This document shows, one piece after another, positions 8,706 through 18,916 of a stretch of 55,756 bases of DNA. The notes under the pieces were generated by a model. The model saw only the letters and a program-made list of their open reading frames with translations, was not told the DNA's origin and did no database searches. A program made the position numbers and the translations under genes. Within the stretch, counting starts at the first letter, position 1. Each line of letters begins with the position of its first letter. The DNA is from a virus (Duplodnaviria; Caudoviricetes), in the IMG/VR virus record IMGVR_UViG_3300021519_000002, positions 1 through 55,756 of that record; one strand, given 5' to 3'.

Positions 8706-11009
8706 TTAAGAAACCACCCATCTGGCAGTACCAGACAGGGTGACAACAACTCCACCAGATATTGTGATCGGCCCCACACTCGCCGCTGAATTACCCGTAG
8801 CAACCGTGTAGCTTGTCGCAACCGTCTGGCTATTCACAACCAATCCATTGGATGCGTTCAATACCGTTGCTGCCAACTCACCCGTGGATGGCTTGTACAG
8901 AAGCTTGGCGTTTGACGTATAGACAGTGGTCGCAGTACCGCTGGTGGCGCTTGCAAACAACGGGTACAGGTTGGTTGCGGTAGCCGTATCGTTTGAAAGA
9001 GTTGCCCCACCAACAGGATTCCAAGCAGGACTTGCTCCGCTATATCCCTCAAACTGGCTGATACTTGTGTTGTAACGAAGCATCCCAGTCACGGGAGTTG
9101 GCTGCTGGGCAGTCGTCCCCTTGCTGATCGTCAATGCACCAGTCGATGAGAACGTCGAGTCTAGAGTAGCCGTCAGGGTCGTGAACGCACCTGTATTGGC
9201 TGTCGTTGCTCCTACCGTACCGTTGATGTTGATCGAGGCGGTGCCGGTAAGGTTAGTGACTACACCAGCAGAGGGCGTTCCTAGGTTTGGAGTTGTCAGA
9301 ACAGGCGAAGTTGAAAATACAACAACTCCAGTTCCAGTCTCATCTGTCAACGCCGTTGCTAAGTTGGCTGAACTAAATGATCCAAGTGAAGCAACCTGAC
9401 TGCCATTACCCGGCCCAGCAGTAACCATTCCGGTCAGTTGGGTGATGCCGGTGTCCACATCAGGTGGGGTAGCCCAAGTTGCATCTCCACGCCAAAAGGT
9501 TGTAGCAGACGCATTTGTGCCAGAGTTTAAGTTGGTGGCTGGCAGATTTCCTGTCACCCCGGTTGTAAGAGGCAAGCCAGTAGCATTTGTCAATACACCA
9601 GCAGAAGGTGTACCAATATTTGGCGTGGTCAACGTAGGGCTGGCCTGCATCACAAACGTGCTGCCTGTTCCAGTCTGGGCAGCTACCGAAGTTGCATTCC
9701 CAACTGATGTAATCGGACCTGTTAGGTTGGCGTTGGTAGCATCATTACCATTTAGCTTTTGAATTGCTTGAAGGATTGAATCTGTAGCCGCTACGGTTCC
9801 AGCGCCAGAGGTATAACCAGTCAGAACCTTCCCGATAACCGTAGCGTTTGGTACGGTTGCAGCATTGCCAACTGAGGTTACTTCGCCCGTCAGATTGGCG
9901 TTCGTTACTACCGTAGCAACTTGGCTACCGTTCCCCGGCCCAGCGGTCACACCACCCGTCAGTTGCGTAATGCCAGTATCGACATCAGGGGGCGTAGCCC
10001 AAGTTCCATCACCCCGCCAGAAAGTAGTTGCTGAAGCAGATGTCCCGCTATTCAGATTGGTTACAGGAAGATTCCCAGTAACTCCAGTCGTCAAAGGAAG
10101 ACCCGTTACGTTGGTCATCACTCCAGATGCTGGAGTCCCCAAAGCCGGAGTCGTTAAAACTGGGCTGGTTAGGGTCTTGTTGGTCAGCGTCTGCGTACCA
10201 GTCAGGGTGACAACAGTGCTGTCAATGGATATGGTGCCGCTGGAGGTTATTGGCCCACCCGTAAGACCCGTGCCGGTATTTATAAGCGTTACAGCAGAAC
10301 CCGCAACAATCGTTCCCCAGCCAGATACCGTGTAGCCCTCAAAGTTTGCAAGCGAGGTGCTGTAACGAATAGTCCCAATCGCTGGAGAAACAGACCTGTC
10401 GCCAGTAGTGCCAACCGGAAGAACCATCCCAGCAACACCGGGGATTATTGGGTTATTGGATATAGCCAGCGTGACATCCCCAGCACCATTCCCATTGGTA
10501 ACATTAATTTGGTTGGCAGTAGGTAGAATATTGACCTTGGCAACAGACCCGCTTTGGATCGCCAACATGCCAGTGCCTGTAAGCGACACGAACTGCTGTA
10601 GGAACGATCCTAGGCTTACAGTTGGGTTTCCTGTTGTACCGTCTGCATTGGCAACACTTAATCCCGCTCCCACCCCCACAGACACGTTGCTGAGAGTATT
10701 TAAGCCTGTTTTGACCTGAATCCCATTGCCACTTGAGTTCAGGGACTGGGCAGCACCCGTCAGGTTGATTTGCAGCGTACTGCCAGCCCCATTATCGGTC
10801 AGCGACAATCCAGACCCAGCAGCCATGTATCTGGCTTGCGTCAAGCCTGCTGCCGAACTAACCGTCACAAACGGGTAATTGAGCGCACCAGCACCTGATA
10901 TAGCCCCTGTGGTGGTCTGTACAGTCACACCATTCTGAACAATAGGGACAGATTCCGTACCCGTTATTGCCTGCGCCTGCGGTAGCTGGGTAATTGATAC
11001 TTGCGTCAT
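8706..11009 (-). CDS. Long tail fibre protein (767 aa) with internal duplication
   Basis: Thr/Gly-rich; [12 protein letters not shown] and [12 protein letters not shown] fibre repeats; GTT..R....G.IRY..FEGY modules. Confidence 0.8.
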   Translation of the reverse strand: MTQVSITQLPQAQAITGTESVPIVQNGVTVQTTTGAISGAGALNYPFVTVSSAAGLTQARYMAAGSGLSLTDNGAGSTLQINLTGAAQSLNSSGNGIQVKTGLNTLSNVSVGVGAGLSVANADGTTGNPTVSLGSFLQQFVSLTGTGMLAIQSGSVAKVNILPTANQINVTNGNGAGDVTLAISNNPIIPGVAGMVLPVGTTGDRSVSPAIGTIRYSTSLANFEGYTVSGWGTIVAGSAVTLINTGTGLTGGPITSSGTISIDSTVVTLTGTQTLTNKTLTSPVLTTPALGTPASGVMTNVTGLPLTTGVTGNLPVTNLNSGTSASATTFWRGDGTWATPPDVDTGITQLTGGVTAGPGNGSQVATVVTNANLTGEVTSVGNAATVPNATVIGKVLTGYTSGAGTVAATDSILQAIQKLNGNDATNANLTGPITSVGNATSVAAQTGTGSTFVMQASPTLTTPNIGTPSAGVLTNATGLPLTTGVTGNLPATNLNSGTNASATTFWRGDATWATPPDVDTGITQLTGMVTAGPGNGSQVASLGSFSSANLATALTDETGTGVVVFSTSPVLTTPNLGTPSAGVVTNLTGTASININGTVGATTANTGAFTTLTATLDSTFSSTGALTISKGTTAQQPTPVTGMLRYNTSISQFEGYSGASPAWNPVGGATLSNDTATATNLYPLFASATSGTATTVYTSNAKLLYKPSTGELAATVLNASNGLVVNSQTVATSYTVATGNSAASVGPITISGGVVVTLSGTARWVVS

Positions 11010-11347
11010 GGCTGCAATCCAATAATTTGTTGATTGCCGTTTTGCGACGGGGTCTGACCGCTCTGTTCTGTACTCAAAACCTCGCCACCATAAGGCTGCG
11101 TAAGGATATCGTTTGGATCAACAGCAACACTGACATCAGGTCTTGGAAATTGCAAAGTAATCCTTTCCGTCTGCCTCGCAGGCAAACGATATGGGTCTTT
11201 TTGATCCGCACATCCTTGCTGACACACCTTCAGACCCGGAAAGTTTGGGTCTGGCATAGCTTCAATAATTGCCCTTTTCATCTTGCACCTGTCGCAGATG
11301 AAGATCGCAATTACTGCATTGCCTTCTGTATTTAAAAAACGAGGCAT
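11006..11347 (-). CDS. Virion-associated Zn-finger protein (113 aa)
   Basis: ICDRC...VC..GC; located in the structural operon. Confidence 0.65.
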   Translation of the reverse strand: MPRFLNTEGNAVIAIFICDRCKMKRAIIEAMPDPNFPGLKVCQQGCADQKDPYRLPARQTERITLQFPRPDVSVAVDPNDILTQPYGGEVLSTEQSGQTPSQNGNQQIIGLQP

Positions 11348-11349
11348 TC

Positions 11350-12411
11350 TTACCTTGTGTATACAGAAATATTTGGAGCAAAGTAAATAGGGCTTTTATC
11401 CCTATTTTCATTCTCAGCCATTGTAAAGTACTTATCAGCCTGCAATTCCAAATACTGAATCCTCGGAAGATCAACTCCCGGCAATATCAAAGCCATCTGA
11501 TGCGCCAGCATGCACTGGATCGCTTGGTAGAAATATTGCGGTATCTCCAGTTCGCCATACAGGTCACCAACATCCATTACCTGCCGCGAGTACCACACCA
11601 CCATCTGCACAAAAGGATCGGATGGAGTAGGCCAAAGGGTAATGGTTGCTTGCGGAATAGTCCTGTTGAACCAAAACTGGAATGGTTGATTTGCAGTAAA
11701 GTTCTTGTTTGGCAAGTTTGTGTAGTCGTCACGATTCAACCTTGCCATCGTGATTTCAGTTGAATTGTTTCCAACATAGAACTCAGCAACATTCAACGTA
11801 TTACCGCCAGTCTCTCTCATGCGGTAATACTGGCAGCTTTGACCCGGATCAATGTCGTACCACAGCCACTGACCAGATACCCATGTGGTTACGCCAGTGT
11901 CCTGCAATAAATTCCATGTCGTACCGTCATTTGACCACTCCAAAAGGATATGGAACGATCCAGAGGTCGCTGGGAGAATGCCTATTGAGCCTGCGTATAT
12001 CGGATTGCTGGTTCCGTAATTGACTCCAATATATCCATTGGGTGCTGTTTGCGTGTCAGATGTCAGAATATTGTTGTCAAACGCCAGACCAACATTGCCA
12101 GAAGACCCAATATAACCAGTCGAAGTTGGCCTGTTAAGCGTCCGATACAACGCATTCAGAACATCATTCCCGCCAACCGGCAACAAGTATTGAAACTGAT
12201 TGGCATTCATGCCGTACACCTTCTTACTGATACACCAGTAATTGATGCCTTGATTAATTAAGTTGCTGAGAATGAAAAACAGAGATTGTTTCGCTGATTG
12301 AACCTGTTCAACAGTCAATTCTTCAGCCAACTTGCCAGCCATACGAGCGCCTTGATCGATGAATTTCTGCACCGATACAACTGTTTGCCCAACGGTTCCG
12401 CTGTATGACAT
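11350..12411 (-). CDS. Head-tail adaptor with inserted discoidin/F5-8C-like beta domain (353 aa)
   Basis: Helical N-terminus (AKQSL...NQGINYW), RLNRDDY.NLPNK and LWPTP motifs; central LEWSNDGTTW...QYYRM insert. Confidence 0.65.
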   Translation of the reverse strand: MSYSGTVGQTVVSVQKFIDQGARMAGKLAEELTVEQVQSAKQSLFFILSNLINQGINYWCISKKVYGMNANQFQYLLPVGGNDVLNALYRTLNRPTSTGYIGSSGNVGLAFDNNILTSDTQTAPNGYIGVNYGTSNPIYAGSIGILPATSGSFHILLEWSNDGTTWNLLQDTGVTTWVSGQWLWYDIDPGQSCQYYRMRETGGNTLNVAEFYVGNNSTEITMARLNRDDYTNLPNKNFTANQPFQFWFNRTIPQATITLWPTPSDPFVQMVVWYSRQVMDVGDLYGELEIPQYFYQAIQCMLAHQMALILPGVDLPRIQYLELQADKYFTMAENENRDKSPIYFAPNISVYTR

Positions 12412-12420
12412 TTTTATCCC

Positions 12421-12798
12421 TTACCAGCCCGGACAGTTCCAGCGTTTGAGGGAAGCCTTCGCCCTTGGAGCGTCACCAGACGCATGCTTAACCACACCAG
12501 ACATCCTCGCGCAGAAGCTGTCTTTACGAGGCCCACCCTGCGGCTGTGGAGCCTTCAGGTTGCTGCCAGTCTCGCGGTTGTACTTATCCCTGCCTTTTTG
12601 CGTGAGTCCTGCTCCGCGATCCACAGACAGCTTCTCACCCCTACCAATGGCAAGAGATACTCCACCCTTGGCAAGCTTTTTACCCTCGTCAGCCTTTGCA
12701 AACTCTTTGCCAACCTTTTGCGGTACGCCACCAAACCCACCTTTAGTATGGGCAGCAGCTTCCATCAAACGATGTTGTGCCGGTGATTTGCTAGGCAT
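12421..12798 (-). CDS. Basic hypothetical protein with DUF6321-like C-terminal domain
   Basis: RKDSFCARM...SLKRWNC motif; the two halves are joined by LAKGG. Confidence 0.55.
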   Translation of the reverse strand: MPSKSPAQHRLMEAAAHTKGGFGGVPQKVGKEFAKADEGKKLAKGGVSLAIGRGEKLSVDRGAGLTQKGRDKYNRETGSNLKAPQPQGGPRKDSFCARMSGVVKHASGDAPRAKASLKRWNCPGW

Positions 12799-12800
12799 TA

Positions 12801-13220
12801 TTAACCCAACGGGTTGACGTAATGTTTTACCATCTCCAACACAACCGTGTATGCATCACCAGCACTACCATCAAGCGTAGTAAAAGAAATGACTCCAGTC
12901 TTTCCTGAGCCTGAATTGTTTGTCAAACCACCAATAGCAGAATAATCTTGCGTGTAAGAATTGTTTGGAGGTATTGTCTGAATAACAACTGGAGTTGTTG
13001 CCACCCAGTTCATTTGCACCTCAAGACCGTGCGTTAAAGCGGTGACCTTGGTAATGCTCACAGCATCGCAAGCGCCGCCTGCATTTGATGGCAACAGAGA
13101 AGATGGGGTTACCTTAGCAACAGCAGACTCATTCTCAGTCGTACTCATTGACGCATAAAACTTCATGATGGCAACTCTTTCACCATCAAACAATGTTTGT
13201 GATGTAGCCGTAATAGTCAT
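12801..13220 (-). CDS. Putative virion structural protein (139 aa)
   Basis: GGLTNNSGSGKTG.I.FTT...GDAYTVVLEM; GGAGAG RBS; head-tail region. Confidence 0.6.
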   Translation of the reverse strand: MTITATSQTLFDGERVAIMKFYASMSTTENESAVAKVTPSSLLPSNAGGACDAVSITKVTALTHGLEVQMNWVATTPVVIQTIPPNNSYTQDYSAIGGLTNNSGSGKTGVISFTTLDGSAGDAYTVVLEMVKHYVNPLG

Positions 13221-13230
13221 AAATCTCTCC

Positions 13231-13253
13231 TAAAAAGCAGGGGCCGAAGCCCC
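13231..13253 (-). terminator. Intrinsic terminator with UUCG tetraloop
   Basis: Minus strand GGGGC-TTCG-GCCCC followed by TGCTTTTTA, just after the 475-aa gene. Confidence 0.75.
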
Positions 13254-13267
13254 CACCTTGTCTACAC

Positions 13268-14695
13268 TTATGAGCGCCCTTTTAGGAGCCTGTGGATGCT
13301 GCTTGCCTCAGATGAACCAATCTTACGACCAGAACGATTGGACGAATCAATGGATTTGTCTACAGCAGAAGAAGAATAAGCAGGTTCATTGACCCTGTTA
13401 TATTTATCTTTCAACGTAGGATTCAGTTTAGTCCAATTGACATCACCACCCTTGGCATACTTTGCACTACCACCATTACGTTTTGGGCTTACCGTGACCG
13501 ATTCTTTGGTCTTGGTTACAGCCCCAGCAGCAGGTTTAGATGGGAAAAATTTATCAATAACGGGCTGAATAATTCGCATCGGATTGGTATATTCCCGCAG
13601 CGATTTATTGTCGGATGTTTCAAATTTCTTAGTTGCATCCACACCCTTTTGATTCATTTGGGCTTGTTTGTCGCTCCCACCATCCTCAAACCGTTTTACA
13701 TTCCCACCCTTTGCAAAGGTTCCAGACTGCATGCTGTTCGCCACGGGCTTGCTGACGGAATGACTAGGCATTTTTACTGCCTTACCATCATCGACAACAT
13801 TACCGCCCGTGGCGTAGGCTTTTTTTGCGGCACCACCCATCTTGTATCCACCCGCACCAAGCTTTACATTGCCAGTGCTGGTATTTGACTTGCCGCGAGG
13901 AGTGGTATTGGCAGGGCGGTTTTCCCAATCAGAAACATTGCCACCCTTCTTGAAGCCACCAGCATTGCCCATGCGAACACCACCAGTACCACTGGCAGAA
14001 TCATGGCGTTCACCATCAACCACTTTGGTGTTGGCATACTTGCCTGCATTGCCTTCAATGGTTCCACCAAGCTTGTAACCCGCTGGCTTACCATTTTGCA
14101 CACTACCCGTACCTTTGGCACTGTCATGCTTATCACCGTCATCAACCTTGGTATTTGCAAATTTATTTGCGTTACCTTTAATTGTTCCACCAGAGGCTTT
14201 GTTGTGCGCCTTTGAAGCAGGCATGGATTCATGATGCTTCAGTTCCCGCTCAAGAGCAGCGCACTTAGAATCAGCACTTCCACCCTTCTTCATGCCGCTA
14301 ATCGCCTTACGCAGTGCCATCATCCGCGCAGCACGGGCATCAGCAGGCATCCCCATAGCAGCTTGACGACCCATAGGGGCCATAGGTTGAGGCATACGGG
14401 CAGGCATAGCAGGAGGCATAGCAGGAGGCATACCCATTCCACCTCCACCCATCTTATGGGCAACATTGCCACCCTTGGCATACATCTGCGGGTTCATAGC
14501 TTTACGACGAGCAGACATGGAAGGCTTTTTAGGAGCCATACCTTGTTCTGATGCCGAAAAGATATTTTTCCCAGCCATTGCCTTGTGACCGCTAGTCATT
14601 GAAACCATGCGGTTTACTTTCCCACCTTTTTTAAGCTTCAGAATAACTGAAGGCTCGGTGGTCTCCATTTTCACCATCGGTTTAAACTGTCCCAT
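13268..14695 (-). CDS. Basic low-complexity head-region protein with 13 [YFMLHK]-[AKER]-x-GG repeats (475 aa)
   Basis: LKKGG, YAKGG, HKMGG, MKKGG, KASGG, YKLGG, FKKGG, YKMGG, YATGG, FAKGG, FEDGG, KRNGG, YAKGG; AAGGAG RBS. Confidence 0.8.
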   Translation of the reverse strand: MGQFKPMVKMETTEPSVILKLKKGGKVNRMVSMTSGHKAMAGKNIFSASEQGMAPKKPSMSARRKAMNPQMYAKGGNVAHKMGGGGMGMPPAMPPAMPARMPQPMAPMGRQAAMGMPADARAARMMALRKAISGMKKGGSADSKCAALERELKHHESMPASKAHNKASGGTIKGNANKFANTKVDDGDKHDSAKGTGSVQNGKPAGYKLGGTIEGNAGKYANTKVVDGERHDSASGTGGVRMGNAGGFKKGGNVSDWENRPANTTPRGKSNTSTGNVKLGAGGYKMGGAAKKAYATGGNVVDDGKAVKMPSHSVSKPVANSMQSGTFAKGGNVKRFEDGGSDKQAQMNQKGVDATKKFETSDNKSLREYTNPMRIIQPVIDKFFPSKPAAGAVTKTKESVTVSPKRNGGSAKYAKGGDVNWTKLNPTLKDKYNRVNEPAYSSSAVDKSIDSSNRSGRKIGSSEASSIHRLLKGRS

Positions 14696-14706
14696 GTCTG
14701 GCTCCT

Positions 14707-15684
14707 TTAAGCTTGCGTTACGCCAAGCGCACCAACGCGGGTTGCGTTCGGGCCTGCTGCAATTGCTGGCAGGGCTATTCCCATCACAAGACGTTTGGTA
14801 CCATCCGCCGCCGATGAGGGCAGATAAGTGCCCCGCACATCACCAGTTGTGGTGGTTGCTGTAGCAGTGGCGGCAACAGTCATAGTGCCAGCATCTTCAG
14901 CCAAGGTGTTATCCCAACCAGCACGGGCAACGTAACCTCGATCAGTAATACGCAACGGTGCACCCAAGATGTCTGTCGTACCAACTGCAACAGTTACGAC
15001 GCTTGCACCAGAAGAAACAACACTGGAAATTTGATAAAAGGCTTTCTTTCCATTGACGGTAGTAGATGCCACCGTTCCTGTTGCAATTACCTCGCTCATG
15101 GCTTGACCGTAGTAGTCGTAACCAGAAACAGTAATGTTCACAGAGGTTGGAGTACCAGCACCTGTGGTAGTAGAAACAGCGCGAGGGCAATCAAGCTGCA
15201 ACCCTGTTACGCCGCCTACAATCGTAGCGGATGTAACACCAGCGCCTGCGGCAAGCGTAAGCGTGGTAGCAGTAGTGATTACAGCGGCAACAATGTTGGT
15301 GGTCAGTTTTGCTTGAGGAACAGCGTCCCAAACATAAAGACGACCCAACGGTCCAACACCTACGCTCATTGGCGACGGGTTTTGCAACAACGCATTACCA
15401 GAACCAATAATTGTGGCGCTTGCTACAGTTTGTGAGGCGCTTACAGTGTAAGTGCCTATACCACCAGAACCAGTGCCAAAAGCGGTAATGTAAGTTCCAT
15501 TGGTGAGGGACGTTGAACTGTCAATAAACATACCCACAACAATATTGTCACCAGAAAGCATTGCGGTGACAGTCAACGTGGTGGTAGCAATTGAACCAGT
15601 AAAAGTTGAAACAGCAGGGTATGCATCCATACCTTGAACGGTAAGGGCAGCACCTAAAAACAGATCATCACTAAATTGAGGCAT
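14707..15684 (-). CDS. Virion structural / capsid decoration-like protein (325 aa)
   Basis: Immediately after the major capsid gene; Thr/Ala/Gly beta-rich; [20 protein letters not shown]. Confidence 0.6.
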   Translation of the reverse strand: MPQFSDDLFLGAALTVQGMDAYPAVSTFTGSIATTTLTVTAMLSGDNIVVGMFIDSSTSLTNGTYITAFGTGSGGIGTYTVSASQTVASATIIGSGNALLQNPSPMSVGVGPLGRLYVWDAVPQAKLTTNIVAAVITTATTLTLAAGAGVTSATIVGGVTGLQLDCPRAVSTTTGAGTPTSVNITVSGYDYYGQAMSEVIATGTVASTTVNGKKAFYQISSVVSSGASVVTVAVGTTDILGAPLRITDRGYVARAGWDNTLAEDAGTMTVAATATATTTTGDVRGTYLPSSAADGTKRLVMGIALPAIAAGPNATRVGALGVTQA

Positions 15685-15718
15685 TTCGTCTTCTCCTTGA
15701 AAAGCTTGACGAATACAT

Positions 15719-15804
15719 TAAAAAAGGGTGGGAGCCAAGATGCGTGGCAACGGGCTTATCGTTCCTGTCCACGCTCACCTTGATTGCCGGATTCTTGGCT
15801 CCCA
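15719..15804 (-). terminator. Terminator-like structure after the major capsid gene, with a large structured loop
   Basis: 12-bp inverted repeat tgggagccaaga (15729-15740) / tcttggctccca (15793-15804) followed on the minus strand by CCCTTTTTTAA. Confidence 0.55.
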
Positions 15805-15812
15805 GTTACTTA

Positions 15813-16727
15813 CTAGACTCCCGGCGTACCGTAAGCAGCGCGAGGGTCAGTAAAGCCCACATCGTACCGCTCGGTTGCCTTATAGCGCATGCTGTCGGTC
15901 TCAAAATCACCTTCCATTGTCTTCTCAAGACGACGACGCATCAGAAGCTTGAAGCCTTCCGGTGCATCAGTCTGTACCCAAAAAGCGGTCGAGGAAGTCA
16001 GACGCGACAGAACAGCAGCACCCTCATCCAGCAAGCCAATCGACTTGACAGGGTTGATGTCGTTGTTTGCGTTGCCTGCGCGGAGAACACTCTTCAGCAG
16101 CACTTCAGCTTGGAAGATGTTGCCCGGAGCCACGATCAACTGACGCGGAACCAAACGAATCCTCTTGCCGTTGTTGTCCACCGCTTGACGCACTTGAATA
16201 AGCATCTGTTCAAGCGACGTTTGCGACAGGTTAGCCGCAGTGGTCAACTGGTTGCTGAACGTGCCATTCACGATGGGGTGTGCAGTGCTGATCAACGGCA
16301 CTCCATCTCCACCGGGGTAGGCACTGTTAAAAGCCGTGTTCAGCACGTTGGCACTCAGCAGTTCTTTGGTTTCCACCAAAGATTGAGCCAGATGTCGTGC
16401 ATAAACTTGACCAATTCGGATATGGTCTCCGTCTTCCACCAGCACTTTGGTCAAGGCAAAAGCCAGACCATATACCTTGTACAGGTAACGCTTGAGGAAG
16501 AGAACACCACCTTGTTGGTACGTTACCGGAGTGCCGTCAGGCAGTTGCGGTGCAGCACCAAATCCGTACAGGACAGGCTCTTCGTGATAGTTGCGGGGAA
16601 TGCCGTCTTCTTCGCGGAACACTCGGCTCCACTCATCGGCACGTTGGTCGTAAACTCCGTCAAAACATTCGTTAAGAATGGGTTCAACAATTGAACGGAA
16701 GTCTGTACTTCTCATCGGCGCAGCCAT
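15813..16727 (-). CDS. Major capsid protein (HK97 fold inferred, Mu gpT-like family)
   Basis: 304 aa; GDGVPL.S.AHP, PRQLIVAP, EGDFETDSMRYKATERY..GFTDPR..YG; position after scaffold; followed by a terminator. Confidence 0.9.
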   Translation of the reverse strand: MAAPMRSTDFRSIVEPILNECFDGVYDQRADEWSRVFREEDGIPRNYHEEPVLYGFGAAPQLPDGTPVTYQQGGVLFLKRYLYKVYGLAFALTKVLVEDGDHIRIGQVYARHLAQSLVETKELLSANVLNTAFNSAYPGGDGVPLISTAHPIVNGTFSNQLTTAANLSQTSLEQMLIQVRQAVDNNGKRIRLVPRQLIVAPGNIFQAEVLLKSVLRAGNANNDINPVKSIGLLDEGAAVLSRLTSSTAFWVQTDAPEGFKLLMRRRLEKTMEGDFETDSMRYKATERYDVGFTDPRAAYGTPGV

Positions 16728-16742
16728 TTTCAGCCCCCTTTA

Positions 16743-17339
16743 TTAAGCAATAGCGGTGACAGCACCGAAGAATTGCGAGTTAGCACATACGACGCGAACG
16801 ATTGTGTACGCATCACCCCAAGCATTGTCCACATAGGGAGCAATATCAACTACACGCATCTGACCTTGAACACCGCTACCAACAGCAGTCGATGCACCAA
16901 GAGTGCAAGACGACAAGCCAGTAGTAGTAGAGCCACCAGTCACGGCGCTAAAGTTGTACTCATTCCCAATAGTGGTTTGAGCCATCGTGGCATCTGCTTG
17001 AATTTCATAAACGATGTTTTGATCGTTGTAGAAGTAAGCAACGCACGTTCCTGCGGTATACGCAGTGTTTGCAGGCCAGTAGTTAGATACACGCGCACGA
17101 CCCGTGGTATCCGTCCACTGCACACCAGCAAAGCCACCAACCCAAGCACCAGAGGTGGTCGCCGGGAGAATCGTTCCCAGAGTGCCGCCAATAGCAGTGG
17201 TTTGATAACGAACCGGCTGATTCTTAAAGATATCGGTGTTGTAAGCCGAAGGTATGCCGCCAGCAAGCGCCTGAGCGCGATCCAGACCAGAGGGATGGAA
17301 CGCAGGGCGCAAGCCAAACGGAGCATTTGTTGCAGACAT
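16743..17339 (-). CDS. Minor capsid / cement-like structural protein (198 aa)
   Basis: NAPFGLRP N-terminus, GSTTTGLS motif; directly upstream of the major capsid gene. Confidence 0.65.
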   Translation of the reverse strand: MSATNAPFGLRPAFHPSGLDRAQALAGGIPSAYNTDIFKNQPVRYQTTAIGGTLGTILPATTSGAWVGGFAGVQWTDTTGRARVSNYWPANTAYTAGTCVAYFYNDQNIVYEIQADATMAQTTIGNEYNFSAVTGGSTTTGLSSCTLGASTAVGSGVQGQMRVVDIAPYVDNAWGDAYTIVRVVCANSQFFGAVTAIA

Positions 17340-17354
17340 ATCAAATCTCCTTGG

Positions 17355-17900
17355 TTATCCCGCAAATACGGGGGTACGGTTTGGTTGCTTTTCAATACTG
17401 CCAATACCTTCGCCCTCAACATTTACAAGCGATTTGCCATTGCTGTCTCGCTGACCTTGTAGATTCTCGACCTGAACCCTGATCTTCTCAGCCTCTTCAC
17501 GCGGCTTATCGTGATGCTGATAGGTCATGATTTCTTGGAAGATGTCCATAGGCAACTTGAACAACAACATCTCATTGCATGAAACATAGCCAACATGTTC
17601 TCCGGCCTTCACGCGATAATCTTCATATCCGGGTAACTCTTCAGACTTAACTGGAACGTACCCTAGGCGAATCCGCTTATCGATGCTGTCGTAGCTGTTG
17701 GTTGTTGAAAGCCAGCAAAGGTGCCACCCATTCATATCGGGCAGTTTCGGCAATGCTGATTGCGTCCATTCCTCGCTCCACATCCTGCGACGTTCCTGCG
17801 TAGAAATGAACTTTTCTTCCGGTGCTGAACGGCTTGCATCCTCGCTTGCGCGATCTTCGCGTCCACCAGCACTGAGAGATTTCTTGAGACGAGATTCCAT
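17355..17900 (-). CDS. Head-region hypothetical protein (181 aa)
   Basis: GWHLCWLS...RIRLGYVPVK...EMLLFKLP; between scaffold and capsid genes. Confidence 0.7.
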   Translation of the reverse strand: MESRLKKSLSAGGREDRASEDASRSAPEEKFISTQERRRMWSEEWTQSALPKLPDMNGWHLCWLSTTNSYDSIDKRIRLGYVPVKSEELPGYEDYRVKAGEHVGYVSCNEMLLFKLPMDIFQEIMTYQHHDKPREEAEKIRVQVENLQGQRDSNGKSLVNVEGEGIGSIEKQPNRTPVFAG

Positions 17901-17917
17901 AATGTTTTCCCCTTAGA

Positions 17918-18907
17918 TTAATTGTGACGACCGTTTTCACGGTCATATTTTATGTACGCTTCAATCTGCTTCTGCTTACGAACGGGATTTTCCCAAGCCC
18001 CAGATTCCTTCATCATCCGAACTCTTTCGGGTGACAAAATCACCTGACGATTAGAACCGCCATAAGATGTAGAAGATTCGCGTCCAGCACTTCCCACAAT
18101 ATTCCTCGGTCGTCTTTCACTACGGACATCTTTCTCACTACCATCATTGTAGCGATGTGGCAACTCTTTTTGCAAGCGGCTATCCAATTCCTCCCAATAA
18201 TCAGAATCGGAGGGGTTCCAGCCCTGAGTCGTCATCAACTCATCAACCTTCTTGGCGATCCTGCTGTCCTTGTCAGTTCCAGAAGGGTCGTACCATTTAT
18301 GGGTATTTACCCACTTGGAAGCCATCCGCTGGACTTCAGGATCAACCGTTGAGGATTCTTCCTGCGGCTTCTTTAAGTCTTGATTGGCCTGATTGTGCTG
18401 ATAGTTCAGGTTCCGCACATCCTCATGGGCGCTCTGCCACAGAGTCTGAGCCTCAACCATAGCCTGACCATCATTGTTGTCAGTGGCCTCCGCAAGCTTC
18501 ATTTTTGCGTATTCAAGGCGTACTTGAGCATCTTCTATGTTCTTTTCGATGCGAGTAACGTGTTCTGCCTTGGTATTACGCTCAACTTGACCCAATCGCC
18601 GCCTAAAATCCTCGTTTTCACGCTGAAGAGCCGTCAAACGAGCATCTTTTTCCTGATTTGTGGTGCGAATCAGGTCTTTTTTGGCCCTGCGACGATTCCT
18701 CTTGGCTTGCCTCAGTTCGTCATTGTCATTGGGATGGTCGTTATCTTCTTCCGCAACCGTCCCACCCTCCGCTTGTTCTGTTACCTCGACATTTTCATCG
18801 CCTTCTTCAGAACCAAGCAGCATATCTTCCGGCAAAGTCACCGTGGCAGACCCATCTTGGGACTCCTTGACGGCAATCTCTGGTTTTTTCTCTATTGTTT
18901 CAGCCAT
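17918..18907 (-). CDS. Capsid scaffolding protein (329 aa)
   Basis: Acidic N-terminus, long coiled coil, W...HKWY and YWEELD.RL motifs, C-terminal LSPE...M helix; position. Confidence 0.7.
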   Translation of the reverse strand: MAETIEKKPEIAVKESQDGSATVTLPEDMLLGSEEGDENVEVTEQAEGGTVAEEDNDHPNDNDELRQAKRNRRRAKKDLIRTTNQEKDARLTALQRENEDFRRRLGQVERNTKAEHVTRIEKNIEDAQVRLEYAKMKLAEATDNNDGQAMVEAQTLWQSAHEDVRNLNYQHNQANQDLKKPQEESSTVDPEVQRMASKWVNTHKWYDPSGTDKDSRIAKKVDELMTTQGWNPSDSDYWEELDSRLQKELPHRYNDGSEKDVRSERRPRNIVGSAGRESSTSYGGSNRQVILSPERVRMMKESGAWENPVRKQKQIEAYIKYDRENGRHN

Positions 18908-18916
18908 TGTTATCTC

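Noticed and set aside
15744-16694. 316-aa plus-strand ORF opposite the major capsid gene
   Set aside because: Antisense shadow of a codon-biased gene; no recognisable motifs
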